64,000 nucleotides of DNA from Camelus dromedarius (lineage: Eukaryota): positions 6,822,001-6,886,000 of the forward strand of contig NC_087438.1 in assembly GCF_036321535.1 (NCBI RefSeq), read 5' to 3'. A model generated the notes under the pieces. The model saw only the letters and a list, made by a program, of their open reading frames with translations, was not told the DNA's origin and searched no databases. Numbering within the stretch: position 1 is the stretch's first letter; every line of letters begins with the position of its first letter. This document shows, in pieces, positions 27,191-38,700 of this stretch. The position numbers and the translations under genes were made by a program.

Positions 27191-28559
27191 CAGTGGGTAT
27201 CTCTGGGTGGCAGAAACAAAATTTTAATTTTACTCTATATACCATTAAAGATTCTCTATAATGAGCATGTGTAGCTTTTATAATAATAAAAATAGTATAG
27301 AATTATTTAAAAAATAAATGAAGTGCTGGTGATGAGGCTGAGAACAACATTTTACTTTGGCTATCACTTATTCTTATATTAACACAGACAAATTTATTGC
27401 TTTTTAAATGAATCTCAGATAACAATATATATCCCCTGGGTTAAGGTCAAATTAAATGGAATAATTTAATTAAAATAATGTATTTTAAGTGTCAAATACA
27501 ACTCTACCATAAAGTACATAGGAATAAACGTCAGCCAAATCTGCACATATACAGAGGAAATAGAGATCTTTCAAAGCCCATTCCAGATCAGTATTTCAAC
27601 TGCTACCTCTCCACAGTTTGGGGAATATTACACCCACACTGTTGATCTTTAGTGCCTCCACCATTTGGAAGGTGCTTCCAAATGCAGGAAATGATCCTCC
27701 TTTTGATAGATGCCAGATGGTATGGAAAGCTTAGAAGAGACCCTTTATGATGGTGGTAGAAACACATTTGACAGCAAGACATACAGAGATGAAAATAATG
27801 GAAGACCTAATACAAGAATAAATGATCCAGCACCTAATTCTACAGCAAGTTCTCACATCAGCGCCCATGGAATAAATTTAGAGCATATCGTTAAAACTGT
27901 GTCTTCATGTCCCACAAGGACATAGACTAGATTACACTAAGACGAAAGCATCAGAGTGTCAAATGCACAGAGAGGTGGCCTAAGGCAATGAGAAATATGT
28001 TTTCATTTCATCCTACTAATATTTTATCTGAATTGCATTTCTTGTTGTCTGGTGCTCTGTGACCACACAAGGCTGAGCTGTTCATAGCCAGAATGCTACT
28101 TGGCCTTTCAGGTGTATCCTTCACCATCTCCAAATAAAATAGTTAAGCTTTGTACAGGAATACAGCACAACAGCCAAAGACCTTATGCATTTTTAGAGTA
28201 AATCTAGATAGATGGATCATTATCATCCATCTAAAGAAGCAACACTGAACGGAGTGCCCTACTCACTACTGAGCACAGTAGTGACCTGTGAAATTATATC
28301 ATGTCTAAGGTCGCTATGCAAGCTCACCATTTCTAGGAGTGTATTTCCTAGGAAGATGTTTGAGAGCTTTTGACAAAGATATCCTATGGAATTTCCATTA
28401 CACTGTATTTTTCTTTTAATTACCTACAAATTTATGTGTGACTTTGACGGCTGCTTGTGCACAAAGTAAAGAAGGACCATTTCAATTAGAAGGGATGCTA
28501 ATTTCAAAGATAAGTGTTGCCTAGAATTTACCTTTCTTCCCTTCCTTAAATAGCACATA

Positions 28560-28730
28560 GTAACTTGGTTCTCAGCCTGAACTGAACATTGTAACCACTT
28601 CGGACGCTTTGAAAGTACTGAAGCCTGTATTCCAATTAATTGGGTTAGGGATGCAGCTGAGCATCAAGACTCTAGAAGGCTATTCAAGTGACTCTAATGT
28701 ACAGCAGAAGTTAAGACAACGTTCCTAGAT
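28560..28730. mobile_element. MER5A-like DNA transposon
   Basis: tggttctcagcctg...tactgaagcctg...aattggg...aagtgactctaatgtacagcagaagttaagac. Confidence 0.6.
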
Positions 28731-29314
28731 GATTAAAGGATTAAATCTTTAAGAAACAGAAAGGATTAAAATTACTAAATATTAGAAGGGCCATTTGTGA
28801 AATAAATGGAATTAAGACTGAGAAATAACCTCCTTCATGTGGCAACCCAGCCTCCTATGATCTGCTCCACACCCTGTTCTTTAGCCTTAACTCCAATTTT
28901 TCCCTGTACTTTCTTGCTGCAGTTGAACAGAACTTTTTTCGCATAAATCACAACATTTATCTCCTCTGTTGCTTCACTAGGGCTCCCACTTCTCCAAAAA
29001 TCTTTACTTAAATGACTAGAGATCATTCTCGGTAATTCAACCCACTGTCTACCTCAGTGAAGCTTCCCTGTGATCTCCTAAGGGGTGAACTCAGTGTGTC
29101 GCATTTAATGATCTGTTCTGGTGCAGGTTCTCCACTTGACACCAGTGAACTTTCTAAAAGCAGAGATTCTGCCCATTCATTTTGTGTTCCCATCACTGAG
29201 GCCAGTAGGTGACCCATCAATGAATACTTGTGAGATGCAGTTAGGAAGCAGGACAGCATTCGGAAGCATGTGTCAGTTACTCATCAGCTGTAATACCAAG
29301 AAATGTATAGTCTT

Positions 29315-31281
29315 TATTTTCTTCTAGGAGGTTTATTGTGTCTTGTCTTATGTTTAAGTCTTTGATCCATTTTGAGTTTATTTTTGTGTATGGTATAAGA
29401 GGGTGTTCTAGCTTCATTGCTTTACATGCTGCTGTCCAGTTTTCCCAACACCATTTGCTGAAGAGACCGTCTTTATTCCATTGTATATTCTTGCCTCTTT
29501 TGTCAAAGATGAGTTGACCAAAAGTTTGTGGGTTCATTTCTGGGCTCTCTATTCTGTTCCATTGGTCCATATGTCTGGTTTTGCACCAATACCATGCTGT
29601 CTTGATTACTGTAGCTCTATAGTGTTGTCTGAAGTCTGGGAGACTTATTCCTCCAGCCTCTTTCTTTTTCTTCAGTAATGCTTTGGCAATTCTAGGTCTT
29701 TTGTGCTTCCATATAAATTTTATTATGATTTGTTCTAGTTCTGTGAAATATGTCCTGGGTGATTTGATAGGGATTGCATTAAATCTGTAGATTGCCTTGG
29801 ACAGTATGACCATTTTAACAATATTGATTCTTCCAATCCAGGAGCATGGGATATCTTTCCATTTTTTCAACTATTCTTTAATTTCCTTAATCAGTGTTTT
29901 ATAGTTCTCTGTGTATAAGTCTTTCACCTCCTTGGTTAGGTTTATTCGTAGGTATTTTATTACTTTGGGTGCTATTTTAAAGGGGATTGTTTCTTTACTT
30001 TGTTTTCCTGTAGATTCATCATTAGTGTAAAGAAATGCCACTGATTTTTGTAAGTTAATCTTGTAACCTCCTACCTTGCTGAATTCTTCGATTAACATTA
30101 TCTCACATACATCTCAAAAATGTTCTCCTAGGGCAATCTACCCAAGCAATAGAAATAAAAGCAAGAATAAACAAATGGGACCTAATGAAACTTACAAGCT
30201 TCTGCACAGCAAAGGGAACCATAAGCAAAACAATACAACAACCTATGGAATGGGAGAAAATTTTTGCAAAAGATGAAACCGACAAAGGCTTGATCTCCAG
30301 GATATATAAGCAACTCATATGACTTAATAAGAAAAAACAAACAACCCAATCCAAAAATGGGCAGAAGACCTAAACAAGAAATTCTCTAAGGAAGAAATTC
30401 AAACGATCAATAGGCACATGAAAAAATGCTCAATATCACTAATTATCAGAGAAATGCAAATCAAAACTACAATGAGGTATCACCTCATACCAATCAGAAT
30501 GGCCATCATTCAAAAGTCCACAAATGACAAATGCTGGAGATGCTGTGGAGAAAAAGGAACCCTCCTACACTGCTGGTGGGAATGCAGTTGGGTGCAGCCA
30601 CTGTGGAAAACAATATGGAGATTCCTCAAAAGACTAGGAATAGACTTACCATATGACCCAGGAATCCTGCTCCTGAGCATATAACCAGAAGGAACCCTAC
30701 TTCAGGATGACACGTGCACCCCAATGTTCATAGCAGCATTATTTACAATAGCCAAGACATGGAAACAGCCTAAATGTCCATCAACAGATGACTGGATAAA
30801 GAAGATGTGGCATATTTATACAATGGAATACTATTCATCCATAAAAACCGACAACATAACGCCATTTGCAGCAACAGGATGTCCCTGGAGAATGTCATTC
30901 TAAGTGAAGTAAGCCAGAAAGAGAAAGAAAAATATCGCTCATATGTGGAATCTAAAAAAAAAAAAAGAACATAAATACAAAACAGAAACAGACTCATAGA
31001 CATAGAATACAAACTTGTGGTTGCAAAGGGGGTGGCAGGTGGGAAGGGACAGACTGGGAGTTTGAAATTTGTAGATACTGACAGGCATATGTTGACTAGA
31101 TAAACAAGATTATACTGTATAGCACAGGGAAATATATACAAGATCTTGTGGTAGCTCACAGAGAAAAAAATGTGACAATGAATATATGTATGTTCATGTA
31201 TAATTGAAAAATTGTGCTCTACACTGAAATTTGATACATTGTAAAATGACTATGACTCAATAAAAAAGTTTTAAAAAAAAG
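29315..31281. mobile_element. Young L1 with 5' inversion (minus 29315-~30093, plus ~30094-31281) and a 16-bp TSD
   Basis: Minus ORFs 29277-29870 and 29871-30098 encode L1 ORF2 ([18 protein letters not shown]...); plus ORF 30418-30684 ([23 protein letters not shown]) is followed by a 3' UTR and A tail; TSD agaaatgtatagtctt at 29299-29314 and 31282-31297. Confidence 0.96.
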
Positions 31282-31479
31282 AGAAATGTATAGTCTTGAC
31301 AGGTTTACACATTTAAGAGAAAATTTGCTTTGTATATGACAGCATCCAAATCTTAAAAGAGAGCATTACAGAAAAGGAGGCCAATACAAAATTAGTTACA
31401 TCTTACACAGTGTTTATAAATGTGTCTGCATTTCTCCCCTTTGTCCTTATTTTAAAAAACCAGTAACACTGTTGGGGAA

Positions 31480-31585
31480 TCCTGTCACAATGTATACATG
31501 TATCAAATCACAATGTACACTTTAAATATCTTACAATTTTATGAGTCAATTATACCTCAATAAAGCTGAATTAAAAAAAAAAAAA
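31480..31585 (+). mobile_element. Older L1 extreme 3' end
   Basis: caatgtatacatgtatcaaatcac...tacactttaaatatcttacaatttt...tcaattatacctcaataaagctg followed by an A tract. Confidence 0.8.
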
Positions 31586-31849
31586 CTAAGTATAAAAATA
31601 TCCTAGTGGTCAGGATTATTTTCCAGCCTGATGGAAATACAAGATACTCGATTTCTACAAATGGCCTGGGGAAGAAGGCGTTCCCTTGGGGAGACCGCAA
31701 TGCCCTGAGACACGGCTGCAAACGGTTGCTGACCTGCCAGTCACCTCTCGCAAGTGAAGTGGCCAAATGGTGGCGACTCTTCAGAAATATCAGAACTTGG
31801 TCATTTATTCCTTGCCTGTCTTCCCAGGCAGTTAAGAACAGAAGATCTC

Positions 31850-32620
31850 CGGCTTCGCAGGACACGCGGTCAGAACTCCCTACAATCAGGTCGGAAGGAG
31901 CGGTCTCTGGAGAGCGCCTGCACTTGAGCAAACGGTGCAGGAGCCAGAGCCAGGGCACACGCCTCCTGCCCCGCGCAGCGCGGGGGTTAAAGAGGAGGTT
32001 CTCGTCCAAGGCTTCTCGCAGTCGTGGGACACTCTGGATTAGACGTCGAGGAATGACAGCAATTTGACCAACAGCGCCTGGCTGGCAGATGCTTTCTGTG
32101 CACCGCCGAGCTTAACGCGGACCCTCCAGGCCATTCTGCCGCGCGGGGCACGTGGCGAGCCTGCCGGGGGCTGTCAACGGCCGCACCGGGTGAGGACGGA
32201 GCAGAATCGCGGGGTGATCAGCACTCAGAGGGGGTTAAGAGATCATCCCAGTCAGCCCCTTCACACTGCAGGTGAGCTGAGAGAGCCCGGAGGCTTAATG
32301 GCTTCTCGCTGAAGGATCACACAGATGAGCAGGGCTATGTGTGCCCAAATCCAAGCCCGCAGGCTTAAGCTGGAGTTCTCTGCCTGCGTGCGCTAACCTG
32401 GCGGTTCGCACTGTCCAACGCACCGGTTGGTTTTTAGAACTTCATTCGACCCTTCACCCTACAGGCAGGTTAAGGATGACTGACTATATCCACTTGGGCA
32501 AGTCAGACTGGGGCAGAACAAACGGCCTCTACCCAATCGCTTCCGCTGCGCGTCCCTGATACGGCTCAGGTGATCCCCTGCTGCCATCCCGTTCTTTTGC
32601 TGTCACTCGCCAAGCCTGGC
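31850..32620. promoter_or_regulatory. CpG-rich patch, candidate CpG-island promoter or enhancer
   Basis: Dense CpGs against depleted flanks (ccccgcgcagcgcggggg, gccgcgcggggcacgtggcg); CACGTG E-box near 32150; ccaatcgcttccgctgcgcg near 32533-32552. Confidence 0.55.
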
Positions 32621-33869
32621 TGACCCTTCACTTTGACCTAAAAATCCTCGAGAGTTAATTCTTGGAATTTAAAGAACTTTCCAACAGGTAGGTGAGAGAA
32701 GAAGCACTTCTATTAAGATCTTTATCTCTTTAAAAAAAAAAAGAAAAAGAAAAAGAAAAATACAGGAATAAAGGAGGAGATAGGAAGCCAATAGGAAATA
32801 TAATTATAGTTCTCTTTGCTCTGCCTTTCATCTCAGAGAGGAACGTGGAGTCTTGTGTAGCCTGTGGGCTGATTTCAGCTGAAAAACATTCAACTCATTA
32901 GAAGCTATTAGATGAGGAACTTGGAAAAGGAGACAGAGTGGAGGCTGTGGGTAAAAAAAAAAAAAAAAAAGTTTTGTGTTCTAAAACTAGAATAAGTTTT
33001 CTTCAAAATGAAGAGAAAAAGAAAAGTAGAAGTGTGGTCTCAGATTCATTATTGCCTCACCAGTAGTAAGTAAGGGCTAGATATGGACAATGCGTGAGTT
33101 TATACGTGCACCTGTGTACCCCGAGTATTGTCTTACCTGTGTCGTGATTTATAATGATAACTGTCCCCTCCTATTCGAAAGCAAATACAATGAAAATGAG
33201 TTGGCAGGCACTACTCTCTTGCCCTATTCCTCCCTCACCCCCAAATAACCTATCCATTGTTTTAAAGGAATTTCTATCCAAATAAGAAATAGGAGCGTCA
33301 ACGGTGAGCAGGGGGCGCTTCCTCCCAGGCGTTGGATACAAAGTCATGACTTCAAAAGCAAAGCAACCATGAGAGGCCTTATATCTTCCCTCCCAGGAAC
33401 AGTTTGACATCTGCTTTTTAAAAAACGATACAATTTATTCCTTATTGGAGGACACACACACACACGGTCCTTTGACAGATTTTTAAATCAAGATGCTTGA
33501 GAAGTGGGCACAAGTGATTCAGCGCATAAACAGGACGGGATCCCTCAAACGAAACGTGGTGCCTCTGAGTGGGCACCATGACCTCTAAGGCAGCACGATG
33601 GAAGACACGCTTTTATTTTTCAGGTGGCTGAGAAAAATAAATTGTAAGTTTACAGCAAGATGCCTCAATGACAGTCTGTGAGTAAGATTCATGAATTGAT
33701 CCCGCCAGTCTCTCCTTACCTTGAGAGCCTGTGTTCTGTTCTCGGGGATTTGGCGATTTCTCCTGCTTTTGGTTGCATCAGTTGCCCTGCACTAGGGAAT
33801 CCTTCTGCATGTATCTCAGTAGGAATTTATTTTCACCTACTTCTACTCTTTGAGCCCTCTACTAGTCAG

Positions 33870-34210
33870 CTTGTGATGAGTTATCCTGTGGTAACAAGCA
33901 CCATCAAAATCCCAGGGCTTACAACAACAGAGGTTTAGTTCTCGCTGGGTTCGGTGTGCTTTCAGGTTGGCTGAGGCAACGGCCCCCTACCAGGGATGTG
34001 CCATCCTCACAGCAGAGGGACAGAGGAACAGCAGAACGGTGTGATGACTCCTCAGTCTTCTGTTCAGGAATATATACATCACTCTGCTCACCGCCAGTGA
34101 CCAAAGGGAGTCACACAGTCAAGCGGGACAGGATTGAGTGCAAAGTATGTTCCTTCCACAAGTGGATGCAAGAAAGAAGGAGGGGCCTGGTAGAGGGGCA
34201 CTGAGTGTCT
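33870..34210 (-). mobile_element. MLT1-type MaLR LTR
   Basis: gtaacaagcaccatcaaaatcccagggcttacaacaacagaggtttagttctcgct...catcactctgctcac...agtcacacagtcaagc. Confidence 0.65.
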
Positions 34211-34689
34211 TCAACAAATGTTACAATCTGCCACTAAGCCTCTGGTGGTCATTTTGCAAGAAATAAGAGAATATGGCCATTGTACTAAAAAGCCGTATTT
34301 GCTCTACTAATGACACATTTACACCCTGCTGCTCCATTTTCATGCCTTCTTGTATATTTAACAAGTTTTTCTTTAAATGCCGTCATGTAATTTTCAGAGA
34401 TATTTTAACTGTCAGTTAAACTCAACCATGTAGTTACTAAGCACACTTATGACTTACAAAACACCACCCGTGTGACAGCCAGGACAAAGGGTACCTGCAC
34501 ACAGGCAAGGTCAGCTGTGTTCGCTATTTTCCTGGTCGACCCATGAGCATAGGACATTATCATTTGGGAGATGCATTTCAATTGCGTATTTGTTGAAATG
34601 TGGGAGAAAATGAAGAACTACAATTGATGAAAAACAGTATGTGTGTGTGTATAAAATAAGAATTCTGATTAGACTTTAAATGCTCTGCG

Positions 34690-34850
34690 TCCTTGCTCCT
34701 CAAATGGTCTGTGGCTCAGAGCTACTGACGTCCCCTGGGAGCTGGTTAGACATGCAAAACTGCTGGACCCCAACCTAGACCCACTGCCTCAGAACATTAA
34801 TGAGATCTGTGGGCGATCCCTGTGCTCATTAAAGTGAGATAAGTAGTACT
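34690..34850. mobile_element. MER5A-like DNA transposon
   Basis: cctgggagctggttagacatgcaaa...ccccaacctagacccactgcctcagaa...gatccctgtgctcattaaagtgaga. Confidence 0.7.
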
Positions 34851-34898
34851 ATAAAGGGCATTGCTCTCATAGCTGTGAAGTGTATTATGCAAGAGTGA

Positions 34899-34935
34899 AC
34901 ACACACACACACACACACACACGCATGCACACACG
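34899..34935. repeat. (CA)n microsatellite
   Basis: acacacacacacacacacacacacacgcatgcacacac. Confidence 0.9.
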
Positions 34936-35074
34936 TGGATATGGGGACAGTAGGATGACCCCTCCCCACTCCTCTCTGCATTCTGGATCCGCAGCACGTG
35001 AGGCAAGAGGAAAGAACCTCAGAGGGTTATTCCTTCAACAGAGTAAGGGTGATGACAAGGACAGATCGGATATC

Positions 35075-35762
35075 TCAACCCCAGCTGCATATTAAAATCA
35101 CCTGGAGAAGGTTTTTTTTTTTGTTTAAATACTGATGCCTGGGTCCTACCCCAGAGATTCATTTGGTTTGGGGCATCCATGTTTTGTTTTGTTTTGTTTT
35201 TAATTTTTTATTGAAGTGTAGTTGATTTACAATGTTAGTTTCAGATTTGCAGCAAAGTGATTCAGTTATACATATCCATATATATTTTTTCTTCTCAGAT
35301 TCTTTTCCACTATATATTATTACAAGAAATTGAATATAGTTCCCTGTGCTATACAGTAGGTCCTTGTTGTTTATCTATTTTATATATAGTGGTGTGTCTC
35401 TGTAAATCTCCAACCCCTAATTTATCACTCTCGCCCTTTAACCTTTGGTAATCATAGTTTGTTTTCTATGTGAGTCTGTTTTTGGTTTGTAAATATAATT
35501 TGTATCATTTTTTTAGATTCCACATATAAGTGAAATCATGTAATATTTGTCTTTCTCTGTCTGACAGTTCCTAGAGTAATGGAAATAAAAGCAAAAACAA
35601 ACAAATGAGACCTAACTAAACTTAAAAACTTCTGCACAGCAAAGGAAACCATAAACAACAAAAAAAGACAACCTACAGAATGGGGCATCCAGGTTTTTAA
35701 CCGCTTCCGCAGGTGACTGTGGGTGGGGCTTCCCATGCAGCGGGAGACTGAAGGTCTACTGG
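35075..35762. mobile_element. MER5A-like element split by an L1 insertion
   Basis: Left half tctcaaccccagctgcatattaaaatcacctggag...tactgatgcctgggtcctaccccagagattc; right half gcatccaggtttttaa...caggtgact. Confidence 0.65.
35186..35684. mobile_element. L1 3' end (minus) joined to an inverted ORF2 piece (plus)
   Basis: Minus 3' UTR at about 35186-35565 (tttattgaagtgtagttgatttacaatg...); plus segment aacttctgcacagcaaaggaaaccat...caacctacagaatggg; flanking repeat tggggcatcca(t/g)gtttt. Confidence 0.9.
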
Positions 35763-38700
35763 AAGCGAGCTGTCTGTGTTACGCGCACAGCTGTCAAGCT
35801 CTCCTGTGAGCACAGGAATCCTCATCGTCACCCTCAGGACCACTACATAAATATGGTCTAATTTTAGGGGGCAGGAAAAAGAACGATGTTGGAGAGCGTT
35901 GAGAGCCACCAGGAGTCAGGGTGAGAGTAGCACAACAAGGACTCTGGGTTTGATTTGATGACTCCTTGAGCCTCAGTGCTATGCTCTGCTAAATGGGCTT
36001 AAACATAATAACTGCCACTTGCTATCCTCTGCCCAGACTTCCTGGGATTCTGAGTTTACAGATATGCTCTTTATGGAATGAAACTTACTAAGGCGCTATA
36101 CAGATGCAAAAGTGTGTTCATTTTTGTACGCATCTTTAGAACCATTCTTGGATTATTTTATCTCTTGAAAGAGTTACTGATTATTTATGGTTAAAAGAGA
36201 TTGCCTCCCACTTTGTATCATTTGAATGTGGGTAGACAAGCTAAAATTGAGACTTTTCAAATAGGGTTCCTTGAGGCACTGGCATTTACTAACTTGGGTT
36301 CCACAGAGTATTTTTCAAATACAACTAGTTTTGGGGTTTTTTTTTTTTTTTGGTTTTTTTGGTGATTTTATATCCAGACTTTGAATTTATAAGAGGATAT
36401 TTTATCTGAATTTAGTTTTTTCTACTTCCAAATTTTGTTTCCATATTATGATGACAGCATGTAATTCTATGTAAGGAAAGCCTAAAATTACATCAGAAAA
36501 TAAGCCAAAAAAATATTGCCACTAATGGGTAGAATTTTTGGAATACTATTTAACTGTTTCAGTGTTATTGTAATTTTTTCTGAGTTAATCTGGGAATTTT
36601 TTGCTCTATACATACATATACATATAAAATTGGTAGTAAAAAATTACTTGTAATTAAAGCAGTACAATTTAAGAGGGTTTTTATATGTATATGTATGCAC
36701 ATATATGTATATATATGCATGAATATTCATATTCACATATGGTCATTTAGACGAGATGGAGACCCTCTGCCATTTTAAAAGTCTCTTGGGTTGTCAAGGC
36801 CGTAGATATAGAACAAACCCATCTGTTCCAGCTGGTAGCCTGTAAATACAAAGGCTGGGGGTGGATGACATTATTTCTGGGGCGAGTAGACTTTCCTCAT
36901 GTGTTCTAACTTTGAAATGTCTAACCATCCTGAGTTGGGTTACAAATGTTGGCCACAATCAACCAGACTTTTGAAGAGGAAAAATGACTCGCACTGAAGC
37001 TACTGACAACAGGCATTTTATTCCAAAAGGATAAAAAATTCAAAACTGAGTACGAATGTTGGCCATCCTATATTTCTTTGCTTGGGTGTCAGTGCTACAT
37101 CTCTGGGAAGTTCCCAAATGACTACTCCTGCCTGACAGCTTCAGAGGAAACATGGCAGTGATCATTCGTCTCGGGGGAAAGTGGCGTGTGTAATGAGAAA
37201 GGATCTATATATGAATGTTTACATTGGGAGGTAAAAAACAGGACTCTTGGGGAGGAAGACGATGAAGGCTCCCATGTAACCTTTCTTCCTCCACCCAGTT
37301 CCATGTCCCATCTTTAAACTGGTGATATTCTGATCAAAATATTCATCTCACCTCAAATCCAAGTGTACACTCTTGGAAGTGAAGACAAACTTACACTTCA
37401 ACGCAAGAAGCCCAGATCTCTTCTCTACGCTGGTGGGAGTAACATAGCATAAAAGCAAGCACCTTCACGAAACAGACTTTCCTGCAGCATGTCTACAAAT
37501 AGAGCATGAAAGCAACCAAGAGACCAAAGGACCACATCCCACCGACTAAGGTCCCAAAGAGACGGGGCCAGAAAGAAGAACTAATTAAAATAGTGGAGGC
37601 ATTTTTCCCTTTGTAGGCTTTTTGGAGGAATGGTAGGAGATCAAGGGAGATAAGATGTGGGTTGAGGTACATTCTAGAGATTAAGAGTTACACAAGGCAA
37701 GTGAAGATAAAAAGGAGTAAAACACTCGTGTTAGGAAATTTTTGTTTTCAAAACAACTCAGTGCTGCCCACGGTGTTAAGGGCTCATCAGTGAAATAGGT
37801 GGTTCTTTCAACTCAAGTAACAAAGAGAAAACTAAGCTTTGATCACTTCAAAGGAAACCAAATACCCCAAATGGGAAAACCTTAAGGACAGATGGAAAAG
37901 GAGAGTGTTAGCTAGGGAGGGTGTAATAATAAAGCAGCCCCTGGAAGACAATAAAATAAGCCCACGCTCCCTTCATGCACATCCATGGTGCGGGTGCTCT
38001 GCTGCAGTTCTGTTAAGGACCGCACCAAGCCCGCCGTTTGGGTGATGATCCCTTTGGCCTTGGGTGCAGAGTGGGGTCAAACTGAAGAGAAACCAGATGC
38101 AATCCTGGAGGGGTGCAGAGTCTCACCAGTTTAAATCAGGGCAGTAGAAGCTGTGAATTATGAGGTTGCTAATTGTTTAAAAGTCAGTAAGGAGATAGCA
38201 TGAAACAGCAAGAGGCAAGAAAAGTGAGGCTTTGAGAAGTCCTGTCACCCTGCGAGCCTGTGAACTGTTCTGGACGCGGTGCCAGCATGTCTGAGTCCCG
38301 ATTCTGGGAACACAACCCGGAACTTGAACCACTTTCCAGAACTGAGCCTTAGAAGTGAGTCAGCTCCCTCGGGACAATTAAGCAACTGTGTAATCAGGAA
38401 GGTGAAGAAAAAAATTCAGAGATAACAATGCAGATCTAACTCACAATATGAATACTTCTGTACACAATATTAACACTTCCGTATTTAAGAACGACTTACA
38501 TAATCACTGGGTTTTTAAAAAATTTTTTCAGCCATTTAAATCATTTGAAAAATCTATGGGATTTCAGCATATTAAAGCACGTGACATACTGACCCTGCAA
38601 TTTGACTTGAAATTTTCAGTTGATTATAGACTTGTGATATTGGTGAGAAAGGAATAAGAGAATTTGATTAAGTTTGTCAAGACTGATAGTTTAATAGAAC

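Noticed and set aside
29277..30684. ORFs of 197, 75 and 88 aa as host genes
   Set aside because: They are pieces of L1 ORF2 in a truncated, inverted, non-autonomous copy
31557..32312. Overlapping 150/153/82-aa ORFs as a gene
   Set aside because: GC-rich, stop-poor sequence; no recognisable domain; mostly non-ATG starts
33137..33170. EAF1/EAF2 exon (IINHDT resemblance)
   Set aside because: Only a short motif match; the flanking residues differ and no other EAF exon is present
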